In this document: positions 36,900-51,611 of the stretch, piece after piece
Layout: each line of letters opens with the position of its first letter
Position numbering within the stretch: the stretch's first letter is position 1
Source of the DNA: Octopus sinensis
Lineage: Eukaryota
Assembly: GCF_006345805.1 (NCBI RefSeq)
Contig: NC_043000.1
Span: 34,720,001-34,784,000, forward strand
Direction of reading: 5' to 3'
Length of the DNA: 64,000 nucleotides
Notes under the pieces: generated by a model
Databases searched by the model: none
What the model was told of the DNA's origin: nothing
The model's input: only the letters and a program-made list of their open reading frames with translations
Made by a program: the position numbers and the translations under genes

Positions 36900-39800
36900 A
36901 TCATCATCATTGTTTAACATCTGCCTTCCATGCAGGCATGGGTTGGACAGTTGGCCAGGCTACTGTGTCTGTTTTGGCAGGCTTTTTATGGCTGGATGCC
37001 CTTCCAACTGCCAACCACTTTATGGTTTGATCTGGATGCTTTTTACAAGGGACACTGCAATTCAGCTTACTCCTTCCTGGAAGCCAATTCTCTCAAAGAC
37101 TCATTCATACATGTTATTTCATTTGGTTTCTACTGATGGATGCCCTTTCTATCACCAATACCTTTACAGAGTGTTCTGAGCGCATTTTCTTATGTCACCA
37201 GCATTAGTGATATTAAAAGAGTCCCCAAGTCTTAACTGAAACAACCAAAATGTTCACTAGTAAATATAAGAAGCACATTACAGGTGAGATTATGTTGCTG
37301 AGCGCATGCACACTTTGTCAACAGATCAAACCTTTGGATAATTGTGGTCACCACAGAATGTCTTTATTTGATTATTTCACTTCTCTTTTAAACTGTTCAG
37401 CAGAATGAGATGCAACAACAAGAAAATAAATTTGCAAATAAAATGATTAAAAAGCATTCAAATTTGTAAAAAAAAAAAGACATCCCAGTAAGGATAATGG
37501 ATGTGAAACAGTAAAGAAGGAACAGCATTTTATTGAATGCCCATTTTCATTTATTTATGCTTAGCCGTCTGTATAAAACTGCACAGTTGATTATTGGTCC
37601 TTAAAGAGTTAAACATATCATCAGAGAGACAAGCTTATATGAGTAGATCAATATCATTTATTGAACGACACAACCAAAGACAGAGCGACATTGCCTGTAT
37701 GGCCATGGTTATAAATAAAATTTCCTTTCACTCAACAAACACATGCATGTACACACACACACACACACACAGTGGTGTGAAGGTCCAGGAATGAAATTCT
37801 ATCTTTGTCTTTTGCATAGTGCAATTCATCAAACATGCAGCTTAGTGGAAGTGGTGGAAACATTATGCAGTGCAAACAACAATGCAGTGACAGTTGTAGC
37901 TGGAACATCTGTGCCCCGTATTTAATGACCACAATCAAGCTTACGTTAAGTGATCACACACTTTAACATTACTTATAATAATCTAAACTGATTATTCTGG
38001 TGCCGGTGCTGGCGGTGGAGGGAGTTTATTTGGTAGCTACAGATGGTGGAAGCAAAAATGGATATTTTAATGCAAAAAAAAAAAAAAAAAGATAACTAAC
38101 ATAAAAGAACAATTTAAGACTTTTTATGCTCGTACTTTCTCATTCTGGCAGAAGTAGAATATTTAATTTTTTCTAAATTTGAATGTTTGCATACATTCTG
38201 ACCCAATTTATTTTACGCTCATGTGGTTTGACCCCCATCTATTTTTATGTGTTCCCATATTTTGACATCGATCCTTAAAACTAGCTCCCACTGTGCCATA
38301 TTTCAGGTAGGTATGTATAGAAGAAAGAATATGTTTCCTACGTAATCTGATTCAAAACCTTAAATTATAACAACAGACAGAAGGATTCTAAAATGTTATG
38401 AACTGTTTGATGGAACAATGACCAACCATTCAATAATTATTCGGGTTTATAAAATGAGATTTTGGAGTTGTACTGCATGAAAACACTCAACTCCAGCAGA
38501 TAACTAAAGTTTTATAGTGATCTGGTGTGTCTGAAAGGTCATAAAAATATCCAGCTGATACCAAAATCCTTTCCTGTATGGGAAAACAGACATTAATCTA
38601 ATAAAAATGTTGGTGTTTACCACAGAGTTTATGCTGTTATGAACATGACACAGAAATTACGAAGAAACTCCTGAGATGAAATGTTTTAATATATTCACAG
38701 TGTTTGATGGTAAATCATTAAAGAAATGGAGAGTAATTACTGGACTGAGATAAACTAAGATTTCCTTCAGTTACTGTCCTTCGTTAATGAAATGACAATA
38801 AATTCAGTTTTCAACTGTGATAGTTTCAGAACAAAATGTCTTGAGAACACAGAACATTCTCTGTTTAATCAATACTGTCTCCACGTACACTGAAACAAAG
38901 ATTTCTCATTTAATAAGGAATGATAAAGCAATGACATTCCTTGTTAAACCAAAATCCATAATGGAGTTTTTCTTCCTAACTATAGCCACTTGACATTGAG
39001 ATCATCATCCTTTAATGTCTGTTTTCCATGCTGGCATGGGTGGGAAGCTCTGAGACGAGCTGAAAACTAAGAGAACTGCACCAAGCTACAATCTCTGCTT
39101 TGACACAGTTTCCATGGCTATTGCCCTTCCAAATACCAACTGCTTCACTGGCATGAGTGAGGTCATCAACTAACTCAGAAGACAAGACCCTTCAACTGAG
39201 CAGGATGTAGTATTGTGAGAGGTGGCTTTATGCCAGGTGTTGAGAGGCTAAAGTATGACAAAGAGAGACAGAAAAGGTGTCTGGCAGCAGAGGAAATATA
39301 TGGCTACCCCAGTTGGAAAAGGAGAGATGGTGGTGATGAGGTGTCAGCTTGTACCCTCAAGTTACAAGAAGGTGAACATAAGAGAAGCAGACCATGAGGA
39401 ATGGATAGGGTGAATGGGGAGGTATGTTTGTGAGAGTGTGAAAGGAGAGTAGCAGATGGATATAGAGGTGGATGCAGTGAATGGTAAGCAGAGGTGAAAG
39501 TGTGGTCAATGGTGAATATCAATTTAAGGAGAAGAGGCAATTGGTGGCAGCACAGGTAACATGGAGTGTGGGTGGTGTGTGTGAGATGTACAGAGGAGGA
39601 GGTTGTGATGCATATGAAGGATGACTGTTGGATAAGGAAATGTTGATTACCCAAGTTAATGGAAGCTGCAAATAAGGGAGACTTGGAACAGAGGCGAAAG
39701 CTGATCTGAAGGTGGTGCATTTCATGCAGGAGATGAGAAAGAATCATACTTATTGGCAATACATAGTGCTACAGATGACCAATCCACTTGTGACAAAACA

Positions 39801-39937
39801 TATCCTGACACAAAAGCAACTTTGTTGTCCATCCTTTCAGGGTCAAATCTTACAGACGTTTTCTGCAATTCCTTATGACATAAAGTAGTTTGATATCAGA
39901 GGTTGAACATAAAAATAATTCTAGAAATTTCTTTATA

Positions 39938-40375
39938 TCATCGTCATCATTTAATATCTGTTGTCTATGCTGGCATGGGTTGGATGGTTTGTCCAAGGCT
40001 GGCAAGCTGAGGGACTGCACCAGGTTCCAATCTGATTTGGCATGTTTTCTATGGCTTGATGCCCTTCCTAACACCAACCACTCCGAGAGTGTAATGGGTG
40101 CTTTTATGTGCCACCTGTTTAGGTGCCAGTTGTGTGACACCAGTATCAGTCACAACTATGATTTCACTTGGCTTGATGGATCTTCCTTCACCAGCACAGT
40201 TTATTGCCAAAGGTCTTGGTCATCTGTCATTGTCTCTGAGAGGCCCAGCACTTGAAAGGTGCTTTTCATATGCCATTGGCACAGTTGCTAGTTCTGCAAC
40301 ACCAGCATCAGCCACATTGCCTCCATGAGACCCAACGCTCGGAAAGTGCTTTTTACATACCACCGGCATGGGTTG
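39938..40375 (-). mobile_element. RTE 3' UTR-derived repeat
   Basis: catcatttaa..atgctggcatgggttggatgg..gatgcccttcctaacaccaaccactccgagagtgtaatgggtgctttt plus proximal UTR. Confidence 0.8.
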
Positions 40376-41954
40376 ATCGAAAGAACTTACAAGATCAGCA
40401 ATATCGTAAAATTTAGAGACAAGAAATAAAATATTGAAAGTGAAAACGATTTTCATTTTGTAAAGTTCCAAATGTTTCGATGCAAAAATATTATTTTGTG
40501 CAGCTGTACATGGTAACAGGGCACTGAGCCAAAGCAAGTGATTTACTATATCTAGTTAGATGTTTCAAAGTTGTTCATTCAAACAACACCAAAATATCAG
40601 AAGATATGTATTAAACAATATGACAAATTCATGGTAAAATGTTACTTTTCAAGTTTCAATCTTCTATTGATTTGATCCAAGTACAACTTTAGAAATTCAA
40701 GCACTTAAAAACTTAGTTTTCTTAGAAAATTCTTAACCTAAATATTTGTAGACTTTATTCTTAATAGTTTAGAGTCTTAGTAATCCAATATTTACTCAGA
40801 TAACATAATTTTTCAAATAATATCAACATTTTAGCTACAAAATGCTTTCTTCACAGCAAAGAAACAACAGAAGTTACAGGAGACAGTGGAAATTCTATAT
40901 ATCAATCTTCTTGTACAAGAAAAATTCTCTCATGTCTTTTAGTTCTTTAACAGATCTTAAAAATGTACAGAAAAGTCTACATCTGTAAAAAGAAGCTAAA
41001 TGTTCAGAGCAAAAACTGAAATATAGATGTAATGAAATCTGATTTTTCTTCTCAAACATAGCTGGTAATTATTTTTTACCCTATTCAAATATCATTGACA
41101 TAAATGGTTATGGAAAACAACAGGGCAAAATAATGTTGATCATCCAGAGTACCATATCTTAGATGTCTACAGAACAATGTCTTAAGACCAGCTGTTAAAC
41201 TTACAGTGATAAACAGATTCAGTGTAATTGATGGTACAGACAGACCTCCCTTCTCCCCAGACAACAGTAGTTTACACTGAAATACAAACAAGCTATACAT
41301 TTACTTTCAATGTGCAGTGTTAAATTACTTAGCCAGGTGTTACAGGCGTCTTGAAGTGACTTCAGAGTTATACAGTGTAGGAAATTATAACAACAACAAG
41401 AATACATATTAGAAATGAAGTTCTAAGAGAGTTCTAGAAATATTTAATCGAAGACGTATCAAGAAGTAGAGTATTTTTACAATTGGCAGCCAACAGCAAT
41501 TTTCATACACCTTTCAACAGTTTCTATCTCATAATCTCTGCAAACTGCTTTTGTTTCCAAATAGTCAAATGTATTAAAATTCATTCCTTTATACACATAC
41601 ATACATATATATACAGATATAAAGTATGTGTGTGAGCTGTGGTTAATGCCTTGATGGACCATGAAGTCTGGCGTAACATAGTAAATTCCATTGTCTCGAC
41701 CATGGTCAAACAATGATGATGATGATGTGGTTAACGTGAATAACCCCTTTCCTTTCATCATATTTCTGTGCAATAAATTTTGAAAATACTGAAGAATTTA
41801 CTAAAAACATGAATCAATTTGGAATTTTGAAGGTTTTAATTTAATGCGCTTTAAAACAAGAAATTTGTATCATGGAATCTGGGTGGTCTTGGGAATTTTG
41901 GTATCAAAATGGCTAAAGTCAGCACTAAAATATATCTTATCTGTTATCTTTCCC

Positions 41955-42280
41955 TAGTTTCAATTCTTGGACTGCAGCCATGCTGGAGCACTGCCTTGAC
42001 AGACTGAGTTGAACAAATCAACCCCAGAATTTATTTTTTCAAGTCTGTTTCTCTCTCTTTTACTGAACCATTAGGTTATGGGGACATAAACAAACCAATG
42101 CTGCTGGGAGACAAAAACATTGCAAAGACACATACATAAATACACAACACACATATACATACATATTAAGTGTCTTCCAAATCCACTCACAAGGCTTTGG
42201 TCAGCATGAGGCTATAGTAGAAGACACTTGCCCAAGGTGCCATGCAGTGGAAGTGAACCTGAAACCATGTGGTTAGGAAG
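41955..42280 (-). mobile_element. SINE family A, degenerate
   Basis: gactgcagccatgctggagcactgcc..aatccactcacaaggctttggtc..gaagacacttgcccaaggtgccatgcagtgg. Confidence 0.75.
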
Positions 42281-42448
42281 CTCCATGCAGCAATTAGACT
42301 CAATACTAATGGCCCATAGAGTAGACATGATTCTACTATACATATTTTCAATAACTGTAGTACAGGTTATAGTATAGGTCTACCTCTATACATCTATACC
42401 TGACTCTACACTATAAATGTGTACTGAGCACGTTCATATCAACTGCAT

Positions 42449-42484
<36 letters not shown>

Positions 42485-42487
42485 TAA

Positions 42488-42971
42488 ATTAAATTAGAGA
42501 TAAAACCACTATTAGGCAAATCAAACAATGAAAAACTTAAGCCAATACATAAAATTAATTAATTTATATTATTTTAAATATATATCAAAAGTATTAAAAG
42601 TTTAATAAAAGATAATGAGTAAAACACTACAATCGTTTCATGGCTGTCCAATTCGTAATAATTCGAGTTATGGTTACAGTCAATCTTCAGGTAATTGAAA
42701 TATTTATCTTAGCGAGGTTTAGCAATGAACTCATTGCTAAACCTCGCTAAGATAAATATTTCAATTACCTGAAGATTGACTGTAACCATAACTCGAATTA
42801 TTACGAATTGGACAGCCATGAAACGATTGTAGTGTTTTACTCATTATCTTTTATTAAACTTTTAATACTTTTGATATATATTTAAAATAATATAAATTAA
42901 TTAATTTTATGTATTGGCTTAAGTTTTTCATTGTTTGATTTGCCTAATAGTGGTTTTATCTCTAATTTAAT
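42488..42971. repeat. perfect 484-bp palindrome (241-bp arms, 2-nt spacer)
   Basis: Arm 42488-42728 is the exact reverse complement of 42731-42971 by manual comparison. Centre ..gcaatga-ac-tcattgc.. Confidence 0.92.
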
Positions 42972-43056
42972 AAATATAATATTTTACGATAAAATTGGAT
43001 TTAATCCTAAATCTGATTTTTCCCTGTAAGTTTGGATTTATTCCCTAATATTTTAT

Positions 43057-43093
<37 letters not shown>

Positions 43094-45126
43094 ATTTACC
43101 ACATAATAGCTGCAAGCATGGCAGTGTTGATAAAAGGTTTGCTTCTCGACCAGGTGGTCCTGGGTTCAGTTCTCTCATGAAGCACCTTCAGCAAAATCTT
43201 CTTTTTTACTAAAGCATCGTGTTAATCAAAGTTTTATGAGTGGATTTATTAGATGGAAACTTAAAGAAGCCTGTCATATGCGTATGTGTGTGTGTTTCCT
43301 TATCTTGACATCACACAACAGTTGCCATTGAGCATCAGCATCATATGAACTGTGTTATTAATTTCCAGTCTTATGTAGAAACGTGTCTGGCCATGGGGAA
43401 ATGTTACCTTGCTTTGAAACAGGTGAGCATTGGTGACAGGAAGAGCACCCTGACATAAAAACAAAAAAACTGCTTCAATGAATTTTGCCTGACATATGCA
43501 AGCATAGAAAAGTAGATATTAAGCTGTTGCTGCAGATGGTGATGACAACTCTCCTCAATAATCAGGCACTTGTAATGAATATAAACCAAATCTCTGACCA
43601 TTTTTATTTCCCTACCTTGCTGACCAACGATATACTATAATGATTTTATAGCTGTATATATACTTGCACTGACACAGACACATAGAGAGTATGTAAAAGG
43701 TACATTCCTTGCACAATACTTGGAATATTTCCTTAAAAAGTTCACATTGACATCAAAAACTGTAGATTGGAGGTGATGACGAGGGACTGAGTCTTGTAGC
43801 GATTTGCTGTGCTTGAGAGGACATGTCCAGTTAAGCAAAACCATGGCCATCCACACATACAGGCATGTCTTTTATGGCCATAACCCCACCCTCTCTACTC
43901 CCTTGTCCTTACTGGGGTAGGCAAGTATCTTCTCTGATGGGTCCAAGGGTGCTGGTGACACATAAAAAGCATCTGTGATGGGGCCATGTAAAAAGAAAAG
44001 CATCCATGTCAATGCCATGCATACAAGCACCCAGTACAAGGTGCAGTCCTCCAGCCTGGCCAGCTCCTGTCAAACTGTCCAACCCATGCCAGTAAATAAT
44101 TAGGCAGTAAATAATTGAAATTTCCCATCCAGAAGTGTAAGCATTGTCACTGTTGTTTAGTCCCAGGTCAACCCTAATTAAACAGAGATATTTAAGTCAT
44201 GAACACCTCATCTCCTCTGACAGGTAGGACCGCATTCTCTGATGTCTGTGTTTTTTTTTTGTTTTTTTTTTTAAAGCTGGTTATGTGAGATTCTGCTGTT
44301 ATTTCTAGTAACAGAGTAAAAATAAAATAGCTCAAGATGTCAGCCAATTTTAAAATGGAACATGACAAAACTGAAATAAAATAGTAAAGAGAAATAGTTG
44401 CTGAAAACTTTTGTTATTTCTTTTTTTCCTCCCCCCCCCCCCCACACACATACACAAAAAAACACAAGACAATTTCTGGCAGATCTCTGGTTTGCCATAC
44501 ATTAGCAGCAGTAAACTGCCAAAGTAGGAGCAAATTTATATAGCTGATCTTAGAGAACAGTCACTGAGAAATAAATCAGTGTTCAGGGTCAGAAGGAAAA
44601 AGGTACATCTCTGAGACAGCGTAAATGGATGTAGAATCAGGAGTCTTAACAAGACATGAACACTGGAGTTCAAGGAAACTAGCATTGGTCTGCTGCTTAG
44701 CATGGTTCAATTCCCTAGAAGACAAAATGTGTGTGAGATATACTAAGCAGAGATAAATCAAACTTACTGAAGTGTTTGAACCTGTTCAAAAGGACAATAT
44801 ATTTCTTTCAAAGCACAGCAACATACTTCATGTTTTGATTTTTATAGAAACACAATCTTAATTCTAAAAACACTTTGCTTAAGGCTTACTAAAATCTATG
44901 GCCTATTTGAATTTCAAATAGGTTAATTATATTTTTTTATTCAATGGAATTAAAACTGAAATCTCTGTAGAAAGCTTATGCCAGATGTGTAAGCTATGGA
45001 AAGTACATACTACATGCTTTAGCTTCTCTCAATAATGTTCTCATGTAATTATTTTATAGAAGAGGGTATGTTTTTGAATTGAGGTGCTTCTCATGTTGGT
45101 CTTGTGTGTGTGTGTGTGTGTGTGTG

Positions 45127-45159
<33 letters not shown>

Positions 45160-45384
45160 TTTTATGTTAATTAATGTTATTAACTTAACATCCCACTTTG
45201 GTTTCACACACACACACACACACACATGATTGTGTGGCTGCATGGTTAAGAAGTTTGCTTTCTAACCATGTGGACTTTGGTTCAGTCCCAGTGTGTGGCA
45301 CCTTAAACACATGTCTTCTATTACAGTCCCAGGCCAACTAAAACCTTATGAGTGAAAACTCATTTCTATATATTCATGAATATA

Positions 45385-46615
45385 CAGGGTGCATAGGGTA
45401 TTTGGGGACATACCTTTTTTGGGTCATTGCGGCATTTTTGCTAACACTGTATAATCTTTGTTTCAGAAAATAATAATGGCAGACTCTCAGCTTCTTCAAG
45501 AAATGAATATGCATGCTGTTATTGTAGTTATAAAGGCTGAGCATAGTGATTTAGAAATATCTCGATTTTTAAAAGTTGCCAGATCTTTTGTCTCCAAAGT
45601 TTGTTAAGGAGCTAAAGACTGAAAATGGAAATTTGTGACCAGTATCAAAGCATAAAAAGCTTTCTAAGCACTCTGAAATCGTCAGAACATCTGAATTTAT
45701 TCAGCAAGTTCAGCAGATCCTTGATTACAGTCCCAGAAAGTCCATGAAGTCAACTGCAAAAGATCTCCATGTGTCAGAAGGAACAGTAAAAAATGTTGTC
45801 CATGAAGACATCAGATATAAGTTTTATATGATAAGGAAAGGTTAATTTATCAGAAAAAGCAAAAGAAAATCATTACATCAAATCTAAAAGGCTCTTAAAC
45901 AAACTGAAAAATCCAGCAGAAAATTTGATTTGGTTTTTCTCAAGCAAGAAAAACTTTGACCAAGTTCAAAAAGTTCACAAAAGAAATGATAGATGGTTAT
46001 GTGCAGACCCTGTGCTATGCTTTCAAAATTTCCTGCAAATGTCATGGTTTTAGGGGTTGTCAGCAATGAAGGACATGTGATGCATCCTTACTTCTTTCCA
46101 CAAGGCCTTAGAGTTAACTCTGCCACCTACATTGAGGTCCTGGAAACAATTGTTAAGCCCTAGATAGACAGTGTATGCAATGGAAGTCCACATGTGTTTC
46201 ACTAAGACTCTGCACTATCATACATGGCTCTAGTAACACAGGAATGGATGGCTGAAAATTTTCTTGATCACATAACCCCTAACAATTGGCCTCTTAATTT
46301 CCCAGATCCATTGGATTATAACATGTGGAGCATTGTTGAGCGAGAGGTCAATGAACATGCCCATAATGCCAAAGATACTTTGAAAGCTGCCATAGTCAGA
46401 GTAATGTCCAAAATGGACCAGGACCACTTGATTTGAGCATGTAGATGATTTAGATCTCATATAGAAGCAGCTGTTGAAGCTGAAGGTGGCTTTATTAAGT
46501 AACATTATAGAAAAGAAGGTTTATTTTTATCATCACAACATTTTTTTATAAATAAAGTCATTATCTGTTACTATATATGTTATTATATATGTCCTCAAAT
46601 ATCTTATGCACCCTG
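45385..46615 (+). mobile_element. full-length (1231 bp) inactive DD37D (maT) transposon
   Basis: 28-bp imperfect TIRs cagggtgcata(gg/ag)(g/a)tatttg(g/a)ggacata with TA on both sides. The disrupted transposase includes KSMKSTAKDLHVSEGT, VMVLGVVSNEGHVM and WPLNFPDPLDYNMWSIVE, homologous to 3675-4340. Confidence 0.88.
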
Positions 46616-47984
46616 TATATATGTATGTGTGTGCATCATCATCATCATACAAGTGATGTTGTTCATGTTCCAGCTCTCCATTTCTAGGATGGCCATAGGA
46701 AAATATTACTGTGCTTAGAAATAGATGAGGGGTGGGGACAGGAAAGGCATCCAGCTGCAGAAAATCGACTTCAACAAACTTTGACCCATACAAACATGGA
46801 AAAGTGGATATCAAGTCTTGAAAAAATATGTATATATTGTGCCAGTGCCATGTTAAAAGCATCCAACACACAGAGCAAAGTGGTTGGCATTAGGAAGAAC
46901 ATCCGAAACATAGAAACCAAGTCAACTCAGAATAGAACCTAGTGCCGCTCTCCAGCTTAGGTCAAATCATCCCATCTATGCCAGAATGGAAAATGGATGT
47001 TAAAAGATGATGATGATGTGTGTATATATATATATATACATACATACATACACACACATACATGCACACACACACATCAAAAGGTGAGTGCTAGATATGC
47101 ACAGTTTGAAAAACATATAGTAGTGCTCAAATAATTTAAGCTTAAATTCCAAATTCTTATTCCAGGACTTGGTATTCTGTATTTTTTATACTCTATGTAA
47201 ACATATTTGTATAAACATATATATATATGTACCTCTTGAATATATGTAGTTATATACATCTATATATATCTACACATACTTGTATATATGTTTATGTATA
47301 CCAAACCTAATTGTGTTTAATCTACATCTCTCTCTCTCTCTCTCCCTTGATAAATATATATATATATATATACCATATATGTCCACCGGTGTCTATGTGG
47401 TCTAGTGCTTGTTCATTGGTTAACATTTTTACAAGACTCAGGGTCCTGGGATCAGCCTTCACTACGTCATCTCATATCTTCCAGGGTCTTCCTATTTCAC
47501 AAGCTCCATCAACATTAAATGATCAACACACACACACACACACACACACAGAGCTAGATATGAACCAATTAAAATATTACATATTCTTTAAACATATAAA
47601 GTATCAAAAGTATATACGTTGACTAAACATATTTTATTAGCTAAGGTAAGTGGTATTGTCTCCTGCATTAATTTCTTTTTGCTATTTCCTTCGTTCTGAA
47701 TGGTAGCAGCTTATTCTAGTATATCTCAATACATTAATCTCTCTATCAATGAAGCTCTCTCTATCTCTTTTATCTGTGTACATGCTGATGCCAGCTCTAT
47801 TCCTGTATTTTAGTAGCAACAAGACCTCTCCATGTATGTATGTCACATTAAAGCCATATACATGTTTACTTGCATAACCAGAATATTTATATCTCTCTAT
47901 TCTAAACCAGACTGACCGTTTCTCTATAACGTTGGTTTCTCTCTGAATCTCCACCCTTACAGCTCCCTCTCTCCCCTAATATCA

Positions 47985-48330
47985 TAATGGTACTCTTCAC
48001 ATTCCAATACAGCTATTATTTGGCCAAGGTGAATTGCATGACATGCTGTGTGGCTGGAACAATCTTTCCTTTTTCACTTTCTTTTTCTGTCATTCTGACC
48101 AGCCAAAAGTTTACTCGATCACGTCTCTCAGCCAAATATTAACGTTGCATTCTGTCTATTTCCACACTGTAAACTATGCAGCTACCATGTTGTTGTGATA
48201 TTCAGAGCTAAACAAAAGACCAGGAAGGAGTGGAAGAAAGTACACAGCAAAGTGCAATGTCCACAAGTGTAATGTTTATCTAGCCTGAAAAGAAGAAGCT
48301 GGGGCTAGTAAATTTGCTAAGTTTCTGTGT
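47985..48330 (+). pseudogene. possible decayed piggyBac transposase C-terminus
   Basis: Faint WY..LA.VN motif and a Cys-rich tail (KRPGR..KCNVYL...NFAKF). Weak. Confidence 0.25.
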
Positions 48331-51224
48331 TATGAGGCATGAAATATTCCTAATTGTATAGCAACTGATTTATATGATTAAGGACATTATTGCAGAAAAC
48401 CATATCTGAAACAACATTATACATAAGTCCTAAGTGACAGGGAAATGAAAAAGGTATAGAAGGGGGTTTTTGGAGGAGAAATATGAGTGGAGAAATGAAA
48501 ACAGACACCAAGTGAAACCAATAGATTGGGGCCAACTACTTGGTATGGTTAGTAAGGCGATGAGACAATTAGAGAGATGAAGGCAAGGTAAATTGCTGAG
48601 GGGCAACAATCAGGTTATGTAGATTACTTAATCAGGTAGTGCAGTTAGGTTTTACTGCAATAACTGGCAGAGCAAGATTCTCAAAAACTACTCCAGATTC
48701 AAAAGAGATTTGGCTGAGATGGGGAATTATAGATGTTTGAAACTAAGGGTTCATGGCATAAAAATAACTAAAGAGAGTCTTAATAAAATTAGTAAAGAAT
48801 GGATTTGCTGCAACTATGCAAAATCAATTTCAAGGTTGCAGGTGTACAGCAGTAATTCGACACACCAAAACCCACCTTGTTATTATTATACACCCACATC
48901 AAACCGAACCACCATTTATTGTCATCAGACAGAATCAAGAAAATAATAAACCTGTTATGATCAGGAAAAGCCAATGGTACAAAAAACTGTGCCACTGAGA
49001 TGTGTATTGAAACATTGGCATATGACTGCTATTCTAAGAAAATAAAATAGGCATCAATCATATAAATGAAATAATACAGTAGTACAACACATCTTACAAC
49101 ACCAACATAAAGACACTGTGGTGAAATAATAATTACCTCATCAGAACACAGATCCCACACTTTACGTTCAACTTGAACAAAATAAAGATGAATAAGGGAC
49201 ATCAATCTGATTCATAATGCAATTGCTGTAGTATAGAGGTCTGCTCTCTGGAATTAAGATACTTATCTACTGCTCTGATGACACCTCCAACAACAACTCA
49301 ACTTGTTACAGAGAACACATTTAAAACCTACTTGCACCAACAGAACAACTTATTTTTCCCCCATTACCCCTCAAAAAAAAAAACCCAAAAAGACAGCAAA
49401 ATTAATTTGGAAACCAAAAGATATAGGAATGAGCCACAACATCAAATGGGCATTTGAGCCCAGAACCATATTCAATGTGCAGCATTCTTTTTAACCATAT
49501 GACCATGCCTGTATCCATCAGTTTTGCAAGAAGGATTTGTGAAGAGGAACATGGCCAGAGTTATTGGTTTTTATGGCTTTCTCCTTCTAATGATTCTAAG
49601 AAATTCTGATATTTGTTAATGCCCATCCCATCTTATTTTGGGGCATAATGCACAGAACTACATTATTTAGAAACGCTTGCTTGAGCTGGTAGTGGTGATA
49701 TTAAGTGGAGATTTACTAGCTATTTCTAGCATGTTCACCCACTGCATTGAGACTACTTAGTTGGTTGTAAGTGTATGTTTAGTTATTTTGCTTTCTTGGA
49801 TGTTAGATTAGTGAAGCAGCTTACAACCCATGGTAGTATTTAGTGGACTATTGTTACACAATTGTTTCTGAAGAATGCTGTTACAGTTCTTGCAATTGCT
49901 AAAAGTTTGATAAAATTAAATTTCTGAGATAATCTGAAGTAGATTATATAGCGGAACACTCCTTCTTTCTAAGATTTAGATTGTGACTTGAACCTCACTT
50001 TTTCTGCCATAAAAAGGTTTGGCATGAATGGATGTTGGTCACTGCAGGACTTTCAGTTTTGATCTCTTATTTTCTTGTTGATATCCAGTTTTAAGAGAAG
50101 AACTTGGACTTCAAATCTGTTGTTAGAGCAACTTGTTTGAATATCGTAGATGATGGATCTTGTTTTCACCATTTCTAGGAAGCAAGATACACAATCATAT
50201 TCTACAAGACACTTTATACATTCTGGGAGAATGAAAATGACAAAGAATTCAAACCTATTTTATGTTTTTCCATCACCCAAAACAAAACTGCCATATTCTG
50301 CACAAAAGTATAAAATGTCTATAAATTGGAACACCCCAGAATAAGTTCCAAATTTTAGATTTAAATATTCCAATCAACTTTTAAGAACAAATCATTTCTT
50401 ATCTTCTGTTCTAAGTGAAATATGCTTTCAAAGGTGAGAGAAAAAATTTATAAAATAGGAAATAAATATCAGCTGAGAAACACCATATTTTATGGCTTCA
50501 ATTATCTTTTTCCTCTCTTTCTTTTTTTCTTTTTTTTTTTTTAATTTTCTTATCCCAGAAAAAGTTGAGGAACCGAATAATGATGAAATCAATGACTGAT
50601 CAAATCAACTTTGATATTTCATATAATTGTTTTGTGAAAATATATTATTGAAAGATCTCTGGTAGAACTTTTTGAAGAAATTCATATGAGCTGACATTTA
50701 GAATGATTTTTAGTTTATAAATAGATATAATTGAGGAGTCAAATAAGTAGCCATTATGGTTAAAAACCCTCTCATTGCCGACTGTTAGGTATGAGTGTGC
50801 GTGTGTGCAATCTGCATGAACTAAGAACAGAGTGCAGCAGTTACTATATGCAGATGTAATATCTTCAGTTGTCGTTATCCACAACATCTCGATCGAATGT
50901 CAGCTTAATTGTACTGTAATACTTCTAATGTATGTGGAATATATTACTATGAACATGTAACGAATGTATAATAATATACATGTGGATGCATTCAATTTTA
51001 TGTTCACAAACACATAGTGTGTGTATGTGTTTATATATAGGAGATAGCTAATACAAAGCATGCATAAGTACTGATGGATTAGCTATGTAAGGAAATATGT
51101 AATGTGTGAGTCTGTGTGTGTACATATCTGTATATGGATATGTACATAATGTTTATAACTGGATGCGAGTTAATTACGTATGAAAAATATGCATAAATGT
51201 TTTTAGGTATCAGACATAGTTTAT

Positions 51225-51478
51225 TATATATGACACATAAAAAGCACCATTTCAGTGTGGTCGATGCAAGTGCCACCTGACTGGCTCCCATGCTGGTGGC
51301 ACACAAAAAGCATCCACTACACTCTCGGAGTGGCTGGCATTAGGAAAGGCATCCAATTGTAGAAACCATACAAAATCAGATTGGAGCCTGGTGCAGCCTC
51401 CCATCCGGCCAGTTCTCAGTCAAACTGTCCAACACATGCTAGCAAGGAAAGTGGATGATAAACAGCAATGATGATAAT
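51225..51478 (+). mobile_element. RTE 3' UTR-derived repeat
   Basis: aaaagcaccatttc..ctgactggctcccatgctggtggcac..cactacactctcggagtgg..gatgataatg. Confidence 0.8.
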
Positions 51479-51611
51479 GTGTGTGTGTGTGTACATTAGT
51501 TATAGGATTCACTGAAATATAGGCACATCAACACTTAGAACACCAGAAATGGCTAGGTACAATAACATAGGGTTCACACTAAGGCAAAACAACCATGAAG
51601 GAATTGTGTGT

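Noticed and set aside
39200-39760. Purine-rich segment with a 151-aa minus-strand ORF
   Set aside because: The composition-biased peptide (H/S/P/L-rich) probably reflects an old repeat, but I could not assign a family.
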